Below are positions 1-9,267 of a DNA stretch of 40,289 bases, in pieces. The notes below the pieces were generated by a model. The model did not search any database. It was not told the origin of the DNA and was given only the letters and a program-made list of their open reading frames with translations. Origin of the DNA: an uncultured Dehalococcoidia bacterium (GTDB lineage Bacteria; Chloroflexota; Dehalococcoidia; Lucifugimonadales; UBA2985); contig CAZNWQ010000001.1 of the NCBI GenBank assembly GCA_964576965.1, positions 1-40,289 on the forward strand, written 5' to 3'. The position numbers and the translations under genes are program-made. Position 1 is the stretch's first letter. The number at the start of each line of letters is the position of its first letter.

Positions 1-767
1 CATAGTTCTTTTCCTAACATGTATGGAACTTGGCTATCGGCATCTCCATGTACAATTAATGTAGGAATGATTAATGTGTGCAGGGTGCCTCGAAGGTCTA
101 TAGGCAGATACGCCCCTAGATTGCGCAGTTCCCCTAGCACATAAGATCTGTGTTCGTGATAGGAAATTGTATTGAGTGTTTCCTGAATGACTCGTGCTCT
201 GGCAAGAGCGTGAGCACGTGCTGAGTTGGTTTGTGGGCCTGGCCCGGTATTTGAGAGGGTGAATTTATTAGGACCTGCTTGTTGTCGCTGGATTAACTCA
301 TACGTTAAGGCTTCCCCGTATGTGGAAAGATATTCTAGTCGTTCCAATATAATCTCTTTTGGTCCAATGCGATCCGGGTGTTCCCAAAGCCTTGCTGAGG
401 TGTTGGGTAGTATGAGTCCTGAAATGTCAGACTGGTTACTTATCGCATATGACATTGCAATAGGGCCGCCTGCCGAGCTGCCAATCAAAAATGGTTTGTC
501 CAGATGGAGATTAGTTATCAACCCGGCGAGATCTGTTACTATATCGTCGAAGGTATAGTTGGCCTCTGGATATGTGGATCTTCCACACGAGCGTCGATCA
601 TAAGTAATGATGGTGAAACGGTCGGAGAGATGATCCACCCATTCGGTAGACGGAGGTGCCAGTGTTGAACTTGCTCCTCCGTAGCCCCCGTGAATGAATA
701 CCACTGGAGGGCCAGAGCCATGGATTTCATAATAGGTGTTTATACCATTTAAATCGATATAAGGCAT
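1..767 (-). CDS. alpha/beta-fold hydrolase (C-terminal end runs off the window start; about 255 N-terminal aa present)
   Basis: Not in the ORF track because there is no stop inside the window. Hand translation of the minus strand from ATG 767..765 is open to position 1: MPYIDLNGINTYYEIHGSGPPVVFIHGGYGG...KPFLIGSSAGGPIAMSYA...LIVHGDADSQVP. It shows an HGG-type oxyanion motif, a G-x-S-x-G nucleophile elbow (GSSAG) and a late HGDxD segment. Track ORF 539..730(-) is an off-frame shadow. Confidence 0.75.
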   Translation of the reverse strand, partial: MPYIDLNGINTYYEIHGSGPPVVFIHGGYGGASSTLAPPSTEWVDHLSDRFTIITYDRRSCGRSTYPEANYTFDDIVTDLAGLITNLHLDKPFLIGSSAGGPIAMSYAISNQSDISGLILPNTSARLWEHPDRIGPKEIILERLEYLSTYGEALTYELIQRQQAGPNKFTLSNTGPGPQTNSARAHALARARVIQETLNTISYHEHRSYVLGELRNLGAYLPIDLRGTLHTLIIPTLIVHGDADSQVPYMLGKEL

Positions 768-812
768 CTATGGCACGTTTCTCTTCGTATAAGGGTGGAG
801 TGAATGGAAGTT

Positions 813-1523
813 TTATTCGTCTTCTGATTTGTCCTCAGCTTGTTTCACTAAAGCCCAGGCACCAGGTAGGACCATGGCTGCCAGTAACAGCTTGAACGCA
901 TCTCCTGCTATGAAAGGATATAACCCTGCTCTCAGTGTCTTGTCTAGTACGTTCGAGCCTCCTATGGCGTCGTAAAAGGTCAAGTCAGCATTGATGCTCT
1001 TGAATGCAATGAAGTAAGCGAGGCCGGCAAGCCCAAAGATGTATATACTAGCGTTACCTAGGAACATCGCTAAGGAAACTTTGGTTTTGCGGTCCCATCC
1101 TAGTTCGGCTAGTTTGCCTACTACATATGCCGCAAATATGAAACCAACTATATAGCCACCACTGGCGAGGTTCCATACCATGCCATCCGTTCCTGACCAC
1201 GGTAATATGAAGTGGAAAGTTTTCTCATCCATAAAGCCGGATGCGGGAGCAAATACTGGTAGTAGAAACATTCCCAACAACATATAGACCAGCATGCTTA
1301 AGGCACCTCTTTTACTTCCTAGCGCCGCTCCGGTACACAATACGGCAAATGTTTGTCCTGTTATTGGCACTGGTGTTCCGGGAAACCGTATAGCTATCTG
1401 GGCGAACAAGGATGTTAGGAGTGCGAATCCTACTATTAGCAGAGAGTCTACAAGGAGACCTCTTCTTGGTATTATGGCTGATATTAGAGTCTTATTTGCA
1501 ACTAATGATTGTGGTGCTAGCAC
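813..1523 (-). CDS. bioY: biotin transporter BioY (solitary S-component type)
   Basis: 236-aa polytopic membrane protein with a BioY-like core (PVPITGQTFAVLCTGAALGSKRGALSMLVYMLLG). GTG start is preceded by GGAGG with a 7-nt spacer. No bioM/bioN are adjacent. Confidence 0.8.
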   Translation of the reverse strand: MLAPQSLVANKTLISAIIPRRGLLVDSLLIVGFALLTSLFAQIAIRFPGTPVPITGQTFAVLCTGAALGSKRGALSMLVYMLLGMFLLPVFAPASGFMDEKTFHFILPWSGTDGMVWNLASGGYIVGFIFAAYVVGKLAELGWDRKTKVSLAMFLGNASIYIFGLAGLAYFIAFKSINADLTFYDAIGGSNVLDKTLRAGLYPFIAGDAFKLLLAAMVLPGAWALVKQAEDKSEDE

Positions 1524-1610
1524 GGTTTTGCCTCCATAAAGCGATTACCTTTAACGTAGCGAAGTATAACCCTGCCTATTAATATGGTCAATATGATGTG
1601 TAACTGGAGT

Positions 1611-1648
1611 GAAAACTAAAAGAGCCTGGTAGTTACCTACCAGGCTCT
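1611..1648 (-). terminator. intrinsic terminator downstream of the Zn-ADH gene
   Basis: Perfect 12-bp stem AGAGCCTGGTAG / CTACCAGGCTCT (1621..1632 / 1637..1648) with a 4-nt loop. On the minus strand it is followed by TTTAGTTTTC. It lies 23 nt after the stop at 1671. Confidence 0.65.
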
Positions 1649-1670
1649 TTAAATCCAGATCTAAGATTAA

Positions 1671-2636
1671 TTATGAAACTTCCATTACTACCTTGATAAC
1701 GTTATCGGTTTTGTCACTGTACATATCATGGGCAGCTTGAACGTCATCAAATGCCATTCGGTGAGTTACTAGGTGAGACAGGTCTAATCGTCCCTGTTCC
1801 ATCAAAGAAACACATTCCCGTATCGAATTGATATTTTCTCCAGCGGCTGCTGAATTCGTAACATTTATTCTTGGTATTTTTGTGTACATTGCGTGGTAAT
1901 CAAACATGAATGAGTCTTCTGTATGTGTCATACCGAAGAGTATGGCTTGGCCTCGTTTTCGAAGTGTCTGAAAGACCTGATTACATGTTTCCGGTCTACC
2001 GCAGGCTTCTACCGCAACGTCGGCCATTTGGCCTCCTGTGATTTCTGTGATAGCCTCGATTATGTTGTCTCTAGTAGGATTTAGTGTGTGGGTTGCTCCT
2101 ATCTGCTTGGCCAAATCTAATCTATAGTCCAGTAAATCCGTAACAATGACGTGTTTTGCCCCTTGGAGGGCCATAAGTTGGGTGAACCCTAATCCTATTG
2201 CTCCTTGGCTCAATATAACCACTGTTTTACCAAGCACGTTGTCGGATTCCTGCAATGCGTACATAACGGTGCCAACCGGCTGTCCCATCATCCAAACCGA
2301 TAGATCTCCGTCGCCTGGTAGTTTGATACAACGGTCTGGACCTTCGGCCATGTATTCTACCAGTCCACCAGAGTTGGTTGGTATTACGATCACTCTGTCA
2401 CCAACCTTTAATTCATCAGTGCGACTCTCAACTATCTCTCCCAAGACCTCATGGCATGGAGCGCCAAGTCTAATGGGATAGCTTTCTTCTGGAAGGGCTC
2501 GGTCGTAAGTTCGTAAATCGGAACCGCATATGGATGCCCGCTCAGTTTTGATAAGTACTTGTCCGTCTCTTGTTTGAGGTGTTTCGGCTTCTATAATATC
2601 GAATTTTCTGTAACCCGCTAATTGAGCTCCTCTCAT
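1671..2636 (-). CDS. zinc-dependent alcohol/polyol dehydrogenase (MDR superfamily)
   Basis: 321 aa. Catalytic-zinc motifs ICGSDL and CHEVLGEI, a Rossmann GxGxxG-like segment ILSQGAIGLG, and overall threonine/sorbitol-dehydrogenase-like architecture. Confidence 0.8.
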   Translation of the reverse strand: MRGAQLAGYRKFDIIEAETPQTRDGQVLIKTERASICGSDLRTYDRALPEESYPIRLGAPCHEVLGEIVESRTDELKVGDRVIVIPTNSGGLVEYMAEGPDRCIKLPGDGDLSVWMMGQPVGTVMYALQESDNVLGKTVVILSQGAIGLGFTQLMALQGAKHVIVTDLLDYRLDLAKQIGATHTLNPTRDNIIEAITEITGGQMADVAVEACGRPETCNQVFQTLRKRGQAILFGMTHTEDSFMFDYHAMYTKIPRINVTNSAAAGENINSIRECVSLMEQGRLDLSHLVTHRMAFDDVQAAHDMYSDKTDNVIKVVMEVS

Positions 2637-2709
2637 ATTTCCTCCCTTTTGTTATTATTTAAATTGATATCTCTTCAACGTATCGTTGTTTGTATTATAT
2701 TCCTAAATA

Positions 2710-3666
2710 CTAAAACATAGCTATAGGGTTTATTGGTGATCCAGTGCCACCTTGAACCCTGAGTGGAGCTACAGTAAACATAAACTCCCATCTTTTACGT
2801 TCAAGGCAAGCATTTGCGATTTCTTCTAGGTTTAAGTTATCTAGTAACCATAGTCCCATGTGAGGAATAGCTACCTGATGTATGGGTTGCTTTATATTTG
2901 GATATCCACTAGGTACTACATCGCTTACAGTGTCTCCTCCTATAACGGCAACCTGCTTTTCATGTATCCACGGTAGACAAGAAGCATGTAATCCAGGCCA
3001 TCCGTCTGATACTGGCCTTGTTCCTGCCTCCATACGACGTTTATGATGTCCTGTTCTAACGAGCAGTATATCTCCCTTGCCAACCGTAACTCCCTGTTGT
3101 CGAGAGATTTCCTCCAATTCGTCTGGTGTGACATATTCTCCAGGTTCCATCCAGTCTACGCCTTTGAACCTAGCAGCATCGAGCAAAACTCCTCTGCTAA
3201 TCACTCCATCATGTAGTACTTCAATTGCTTCTCTTTTTGCACCTTCTCTGGTAGTGACCAATGATGAAGGTTTGCCGTTGTACATCTGACCATTCCAGAA
3301 GATATGTGATAGGGAGTCAATATGGGTTATGTTATAGCCGTGATAAGCCATACCTATGAAGTCACCGCTACCTTGTTGATTCTCTGGTAGTTGGGGGTTC
3401 TCTTGAATAGAATATCCTTCTCCGGACCCTGTCATGTAATGTACTACTTGGGAAACCGTGTCGGCATAGATTGTTTTTGTTATAGGCCTAGAGCATGAAA
3501 CAGATATGCCTTCTTTTACTAGAGAAGCAGCGTGTTTTCTTTCTTCTGGTCCAATAAAATTTATTGTTCCAAATTCGTCATCATCTCCCCAACGTCCCCA
3601 ATTATTTAGGGATGTCATGTATTCCACTATCTCGGATTCATCTGGTATGTTAGCTTTTGTTGCCAT
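2710..3666 (-). CDS. cyclase-family metal-dependent hydrolase (kynurenine formamidase / isatin hydrolase-like, PF04199-type)
   Basis: 318 aa. His/Asp motif HGYNITHIDSLSH resembles the HxGTHxDxPxH signature of the putative-cyclase family. Start is 37 nt after the upstream Gfo/Idh/MocA gene. Confidence 0.7.
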   Translation of the reverse strand: MATKANIPDESEIVEYMTSLNNWGRWGDDDEFGTINFIGPEERKHAASLVKEGISVSCSRPITKTIYADTVSQVVHYMTGSGEGYSIQENPQLPENQQGSGDFIGMAYHGYNITHIDSLSHIFWNGQMYNGKPSSLVTTREGAKREAIEVLHDGVISRGVLLDAARFKGVDWMEPGEYVTPDELEEISRQQGVTVGKGDILLVRTGHHKRRMEAGTRPVSDGWPGLHASCLPWIHEKQVAVIGGDTVSDVVPSGYPNIKQPIHQVAIPHMGLWLLDNLNLEEIANACLERKRWEFMFTVAPLRVQGGTGSPINPIAMF

Positions 3667-3703
3667 ATTATGCCCTCCTTTAGTGATTTTTGGTCAGGTT
3701 GCT

Positions 3704-4834
3704 TTAACTTGTTATTACTACGGAGCCTTGTTTGCTAGATGCTAGTTCGAGAGCATCTAGAGTCTTATGTCTTCGGGCAGCTTCTTCGAAATCAGGATGA
3801 GATTTTCTTCCTGTTTTAATATCTGTTGCAAATTGTCTGAACATTTGCGCCATGTTTACGGCGACTCCCGCCGGTACTTCTTTTGGTGTCCAAAGGAATT
3901 CTGCTGGTGGTGTGAGTATTTGGAGGCTTCCCTCTCCTTTTTTGGCGCCTCTTATTATTGGGTCAACCATTTCCACCATTTGATCGGATGTGACAATTAG
4001 AGTTCCCTCTGTACCATAGACCTCTAGTCTAAATGCTGTGCCATGCCAAGGAATACTGCCTATGTGCACCGAGACTACGGCATCATTCTCAAGTTTTCCA
4101 ATCAACATGACATTATCCGGAGACGTCACGGGTATCCTTTTTTCAGACACAGTGTGGGTAATAGCTGAAATGTCTGTTACTTCCCATTCTGATATTTGTG
4201 TGGCCACGATAGATTGCACCTCTTTGAGTTCTCCAAGCGACCACAAAAATACGTCTAATGCATGGCCAGTAGCAATATTTAAGGCATGGGCACCTGCTTC
4301 TTTTTCAGCATTCCATGAGGCTTTAACAGTCCTTGCACGGGTTATTCCAGGCAGAAACATTGTCATATTTGCACTAATCATACGCCCAAGATAACCTTGT
4401 GATACTAATTGTTTCAGATATTGGAAACTTGGAGCATAACGAGACTGTAAGCCTACCATGGTCATAACTCCCTTTTCTTTGGCGAGTTTTGCCATTTCTT
4501 CGGATTGAGATGAATTAGCTCCGAGAGGCCATTCACAGAAAACGTGTTTTCCTGCCTGTAAAGCAGCCATTACGACTTCGTAGTGGGTGGGAGCTTTCAC
4601 GCAAACGTCTACAACATCTATTTCTGGGTCGGATACGAGATCTTTATAGTTCCAGTAGCTTTTGCGGGCACCGTAAGTTGAAGCAGATTCCTGGGCAGTT
4701 TGCTTGGTCGTTGTGCAGACTGCCACAAGATCATATTCTGGTAGACCTAGGAATGCCGGCATATGAGCCCTCATGCTCCATCCATATGTAGCACTGGCGC
4801 CAACTACACCTAGAGATAGTTTATCATTCGACAT
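3704..4834 (-). CDS. Gfo/Idh/MocA family NAD(P)-dependent oxidoreductase
   Basis: 376 aa. N-terminal Rossmann fold (LGVVGASATYG), an EKP-like motif (CEWPL), and the C-terminal alpha/beta domain typical of the family. Confidence 0.8.
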   Translation of the reverse strand: MSNDKLSLGVVGASATYGWSMRAHMPAFLGLPEYDLVAVCTTTKQTAQESASTYGARKSYWNYKDLVSDPEIDVVDVCVKAPTHYEVVMAALQAGKHVFCEWPLGANSSQSEEMAKLAKEKGVMTMVGLQSRYAPSFQYLKQLVSQGYLGRMISANMTMFLPGITRARTVKASWNAEKEAGAHALNIATGHALDVFLWSLGELKEVQSIVATQISEWEVTDISAITHTVSEKRIPVTSPDNVMLIGKLENDAVVSVHIGSIPWHGTAFRLEVYGTEGTLIVTSDQMVEMVDPIIRGAKKGEGSLQILTPPAEFLWTPKEVPAGVAVNMAQMFRQFATDIKTGRKSHPDFEEAARRHKTLDALELASSKQGSVVITS

Positions 4835-4992
4835 CGGTGTTACTCCTTGAGAAATTACTTACTGTGTCAGTAGGAAATTACGCTATTATTTTATCACGTT
4901 AGATCGGAACGAAGAAGATTCAATTAGTTATTCATTTCCATTTTACGAGATGATACTATAGCCGGTGACACCATAGTATATAGAGGCATTTT

Positions 4993-5526
4993 ATGGCAAA
5001 TACTCATCTGTTTGCGTTTATAAATATAATCGGCGGCACACTTGTTTTAGGCAGTTATGTAGTTTGTATATACTTATACCCCGAATACAGAGAATCTTTT
5101 TGGGGTGGCATTCAGGGAAGTGCCAGGAAATTCTTTGTATTTTCTATGCTGCCAGCAGCTGTAGGGTATTTGTTGTTCTTCTATTGTGCAGTTTTTAAAC
5201 CAGAATCTGGTATTTTTGAATATAGGGGTTTGCTGAGTCACAATAACATAAATATTTTGTGCATAATATTTTTGTCGGCATCATCAATATGGATGCCAGC
5301 ACTTGTGATGTATTTCAAAACCGACTTCATTTTCTGGTGGGTTATAGTGGTTGGGGTATTATGGATAACAGCTTTATCCCTTGTATCTATGCTGTTTGTT
5401 GTAATATCTTCGGATACTCCGTTATCATTTTACAAAAGTGTCAGTATATGTGGTCTGTCTTACATAATATTCCACTGCCTGATTTTAGACGCTGTCATAT
5501 GGGTTGCAAAACTTCCAGTTAAATAA
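4993..5526 (+). CDS. hypothetical polytopic membrane protein (about 5 TM segments)
   Basis: 177 aa, strongly hydrophobic, with no motif I recognise. It is co-oriented with and 110 nt upstream of the molybdopterin-subunit gene. Confidence 0.5.
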   Translation: MANTHLFAFINIIGGTLVLGSYVVCIYLYPEYRESFWGGIQGSARKFFVFSMLPAAVGYLLFFYCAVFKPESGIFEYRGLLSHNNINILCIIFLSASSIWMPALVMYFKTDFIFWWVIVVGVLWITALSLVSMLFVVISSDTPLSFYKSVSICGLSYIIFHCLILDAVIWVAKLPVK

Positions 5527-5636
5527 CGAGCACATTCCATTATGTTAATGTATTTCTATTGAGAGAACGTGGTTCGTGTGTTAAGATTTATACGACTGTA
5601 TCTACTACAGATGTTTATTAGCGAGGTGCATATAAT

Positions 5637-7916
5637 ATGGCTACTACTTCTAAGAGCTCAAATAACTACAAAGTCGTTGGAACCAGACCAGTAAGACACG
5701 ATGGTGTTGACAAGGTAACTGGCAGAGCTAAATACGGCGCGGACGTGCATATGGTTAACATGTTGCATGGCAGGATTCTCAGGAGTCCTCATGCGCATGC
5801 GCGTATAAAATCCATAGATACCAGCAAAGCTGAAAAGCTTGAGGGTGTCGTGAAAATAATAACAGCTAAAGACTTGCCTCAAGCTCCGGATGAGATGGTT
5901 TCCTTGGGTGAAGGTCCTATGGTCAACTTGAAATTTCTGACTATGAATATACTCGCTCAGGACAAAGCTCTGTATAAAGGTCATGCCATAGTAGCTGTAG
6001 CTGCGGAGTCGGCTCATACAGCTGATGAGGCTTTAGATCTTATAGATATAGAATATGAAGTGTTACAGCCAGTTCTGTCAGCCCCACAGGGAATGGCCGA
6101 TGGAGCCCCTATACTGCATGAAAAAATGACTACTGTATCTCTTGGTAAAGATACTGGCAAGGTCAGTAACGTTGCTACACATACCCAATTTGTACTTGGC
6201 GACGTTGAGGCTGGATTTAAGGAAGCCGACCTAGTTGTAGAAAGAGAATTTAACACCCCAACTGTCCATCAGGGTTATATTGAGCCACAGTCGGTTACCG
6301 CCTTGTGGAGTAGAGATGATGAGATAACTATCTGGACATCCACTCAGGGACATTTTGGTATAAGGCCAAATATTGCTGCCCTATTGAACGTGCCAATTTC
6401 CCAGGTCAAGGTGATACCGATGGAAATAGGAGGCGGATTTGGCGGCAAGACTACTTTCTACTTTGAGCCAGTAGCCGCTACGATATCTAGGATGACAGGT
6501 CGTCCAGTTAAAATGACTATGAATAGGGCAGAGGTTCTAGAGTCAACCGGCCCTGGTGCAGGTTCTTATGCCAAGGTAAAAATGGGAGTAAAGAATGATG
6601 GGACTATTACTGCTGTTCAGGCAAAACTGGCTATGGAAGCAGGTGCTTTTCCTGGATCTCCAGTTAATGCCGGTGCAATGTGTATGTTCAGCATGTACAA
6701 GACAGAGAATCTTTTGATAGATGCTCATGACGTTGTTGTAAATAAACCAAAAGTAGCCGCCTACAGAGCTCCTGGAGCTCCTCAGGCGACGTTTGCTTCT
6801 GAATGTGTTGTGGATGAGATATGCGAGATGTTGGGCATGGAACCAATGGAATTCAGAATTAAGAATGCATCTTCTGAAGGTGACAGACAAGCAAGTGGAG
6901 TTACTTTCTTAAAGGTAGGTAATATAGAGACGTTGGAAGCTGCAAAGAACAGTGACCATTACAAATCTGAGAAGGGTGGTAAAGTTAGGGGACGAGGCAT
7001 AGCCAGTGGATTCTGGTTTAATGGAGGAGGCCCTTCGAGTTGTAACTTAGCACTTAACCCAGATGGCACGATAACTCTTATAGAAGGATCTGTAGACATA
7101 GGTGGTAGTAGGCCAGCTATATCTATGCAGGCAGCCGAGGTTCTCGGAATAAAATCTGAAGACGTATTTCCTGTAGTAGGAGACACTAACTCCGTAGGAT
7201 TCACAGGTACTACCGGTGGAAGCAGAACGGCATTTGCCACTGGTCTTGCTGCATATGATGCGGCTCATGACATACTCAAACAGATGAAAGAAAGGGCTGC
7301 AAAGATTTGGGAATGTTCAGCCGAAGAAGTGGAATTTGACGATGGAACATTCTCAAGACAAGGCAGTCCAGAACAGAAGCTAACTTTCAAACAGATTTCG
7401 GGTCGCCAGATGGAAACCGGTGGTCCAATATCTAGCAGCGCTTCAGTTTCCCCTCGAGGTGTAGGGAACGCGTTCGCAACTCACATAGTGGATGTGGACG
7501 TAGATCCTGAAACGGGTAAAGTTGATATAGCTCGATACACTACAATTCAGGACGTCGGTACTGCAATTCACCCGGATTATGTTGAAGGCCAACTCCAGGG
7601 AGCGGCAGTACAGGGAGCAGGCTGGGCAATAAATGAGGAATATTATTATACAGATGATGGCAGAATGGCCAATGCCACACTGCTTGATTATCGTATGCCT
7701 ACTTCTCTAGACATGCCTATGATAGAGACAGTGTTGGTAGAAGTCCCGAATCCTGGACATCCATTTGGTATAAGGGGTGTAGGAGAAGTTTGCTTAGTAC
7801 CGCCGTTGGCTGCAATAGCTAATGCCGTATACGATGCAGTAGGGGTAAGAATAAGAGAATTACCACTGAAACCCGGTAATGTGTTGAAGGCTCTTTGGGA
7901 GAAAGACAAGAGCTAA
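5637..7916 (+). CDS. xanthine dehydrogenase / aldehyde oxidase / CoxL family molybdopterin-binding (large) subunit
   Basis: 759 aa. N-terminal a/b-hammerhead segment (VGTRPVRHDGVDKVTGRAKYGAD), a family motif AAYRAPGAPQATFASE, and C-terminal MoCo-binding domains (GEVCLVPPLAAIANAV). SD GAGGTG lies upstream. Confidence 0.85.
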   Translation: MATTSKSSNNYKVVGTRPVRHDGVDKVTGRAKYGADVHMVNMLHGRILRSPHAHARIKSIDTSKAEKLEGVVKIITAKDLPQAPDEMVSLGEGPMVNLKFLTMNILAQDKALYKGHAIVAVAAESAHTADEALDLIDIEYEVLQPVLSAPQGMADGAPILHEKMTTVSLGKDTGKVSNVATHTQFVLGDVEAGFKEADLVVEREFNTPTVHQGYIEPQSVTALWSRDDEITIWTSTQGHFGIRPNIAALLNVPISQVKVIPMEIGGGFGGKTTFYFEPVAATISRMTGRPVKMTMNRAEVLESTGPGAGSYAKVKMGVKNDGTITAVQAKLAMEAGAFPGSPVNAGAMCMFSMYKTENLLIDAHDVVVNKPKVAAYRAPGAPQATFASECVVDEICEMLGMEPMEFRIKNASSEGDRQASGVTFLKVGNIETLEAAKNSDHYKSEKGGKVRGRGIASGFWFNGGGPSSCNLALNPDGTITLIEGSVDIGGSRPAISMQAAEVLGIKSEDVFPVVGDTNSVGFTGTTGGSRTAFATGLAAYDAAHDILKQMKERAAKIWECSAEEVEFDDGTFSRQGSPEQKLTFKQISGRQMETGGPISSSASVSPRGVGNAFATHIVDVDVDPETGKVDIARYTTIQDVGTAIHPDYVEGQLQGAAVQGAGWAINEEYYYTDDGRMANATLLDYRMPTSLDMPMIETVLVEVPNPGHPFGIRGVGEVCLVPPLAAIANAVYDAVGVRIRELPLKPGNVLKALWEKDKS

Positions 7917-7941
7917 ATCAACTCACTAATTTGCCGATATA

Positions 7942-7980
7942 AGAGGCCTGATGACCTTCTGGTTATCGGGCCTCTTTTTT
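7942..7980 (+). terminator. strong intrinsic terminator after the Mo-subunit gene
   Basis: About 15-bp stem (AGAGGCCTGATGACC / GGTTATCGGGCCTCT, with a few G-U pairs), TTCT tetraloop, then TTTTT (7976..7980). Confidence 0.8.
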
Positions 7981-8042
7981 AATATAAAAGAAATAACAGG
8001 TTAGAGTTCTATATTATCTGTCTAGCAGAGACAGTATTGATA

Positions 8043-9161
8043 TCACGTAAGAATTGAGATATTTGTCAAATTGGAACTGACTATCCAAACCACAATGCCA
8101 CCCAACACTCCAGTGGTCCACGTGGCAATGGCAAATACTATAATAGCTCTCTTGGGTAAGACTTGAGTCAAGCCCCAGAATGTTATGGGCCCCCCTGCAG
8201 CGGCTACATACAGGAGAGTGGCAGCCGGGGAAATGCCCATTCCCATTATTACTAACAGAGCTACTAGTGGGATTTCGAACAATAATGGTACGTTTATCAA
8301 CAATCCAAATGTAGCTGCTATCAATATTCCTGTTATATTGTCTCCGAGGAAACCGGATACGGTTTCTGAGGATATCCATTGTAGTACTAGTCCACTTCCC
8401 AACCCTGCTACTATCATGATTGGGCCTAATCTAATCAGGTATTTCATACTGGATTTCAGCCAACTAATAATACCTAGGTATATCATAGAATAGAATGATT
8501 CCTGTGTGGGTTCAGACACTGGTATGTTATCAGTGTCGTTCGGGATCGTGTCGTATGTTTTGTCACCAGCAGCCAAGGCTACAATTGGGCTGATGATGAA
8601 TGCCCCAACCACGCTCATTATTACTCTGCTTAACCCTAAAAGAGGTGTGAAGATAGTCATACTCATGATAATGGCAGGTAGATTAAGTGTGGATGATCCT
8701 TGAATCATAGCTATAGCGTAAGCGCTACCTGAACCTTTTTTATGGAAAGAATTAGCTATCGGTACTACACACGCTGAGCACAGATTCCATATAGGTCCTA
8801 TACTTAGTCCAATGATTGTTTGACCGACAACGCCTCTATCGCGGTAAGTGTTTATCTTGTTAGGTATTATGAAAGTTTCAGTTAGGCCAGCCACTAGAAA
8901 TGCGAATATCATTCCTGCAGATATGATTTCGAAATAGGCGATTGAAAAATCCTTCCATCTATCGAAAAGACTTTTCTCAGTTTCAACACAAAACCCTTGA
9001 AAGCATTCCACCACCGGCTTTGTAACGGCCTCTAAGTCTTCGTTGATTTCGTCAAGCTTAGGGAATCTGCTGAAAGAGATAAATATGATTAGTAAGATTG
9101 TGAGGAATATTAACCCTACTATCTGTTTCTGCGTTATTTTAACATTGAGCAGGTTTAGCAT
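8043..9161 (-). CDS. predicted permease (UPF0718 / ArsP-like, PF03773-type)
   Basis: 372 aa, about 9-10 TM segments, two-repeat architecture. A Cys pair sits in a TM region (NLCSACVVPIANSF), as seen in the YraQ/ArsP-like permease family. Confidence 0.6.
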   Translation of the reverse strand: MLNLLNVKITQKQIVGLIFLTILLIIFISFSRFPKLDEINEDLEAVTKPVVECFQGFCVETEKSLFDRWKDFSIAYFEIISAGMIFAFLVAGLTETFIIPNKINTYRDRGVVGQTIIGLSIGPIWNLCSACVVPIANSFHKKGSGSAYAIAMIQGSSTLNLPAIIMSMTIFTPLLGLSRVIMSVVGAFIISPIVALAAGDKTYDTIPNDTDNIPVSEPTQESFYSMIYLGIISWLKSSMKYLIRLGPIMIVAGLGSGLVLQWISSETVSGFLGDNITGILIAATFGLLINVPLLFEIPLVALLVIMGMGISPAATLLYVAAAGGPITFWGLTQVLPKRAIIVFAIATWTTGVLGGIVVWIVSSNLTNISILT

Positions 9162-9267
9162 ATCTATACCTGATTGATAATCATATTATGTAATGATAGA
9201 CGCCGTTGTAATTTCAATACTATAAAACCTGTGAACATTAGATACAATCTGCAACCGGTTTTGCTAT

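Noticed and set aside
1524-1620. BirA operator upstream of bioY
   Set aside because: I could not find a palindrome resembling the known BirA sites (TTGTAAACC- or TGTTAAC-type inverted repeats) in the upstream region.
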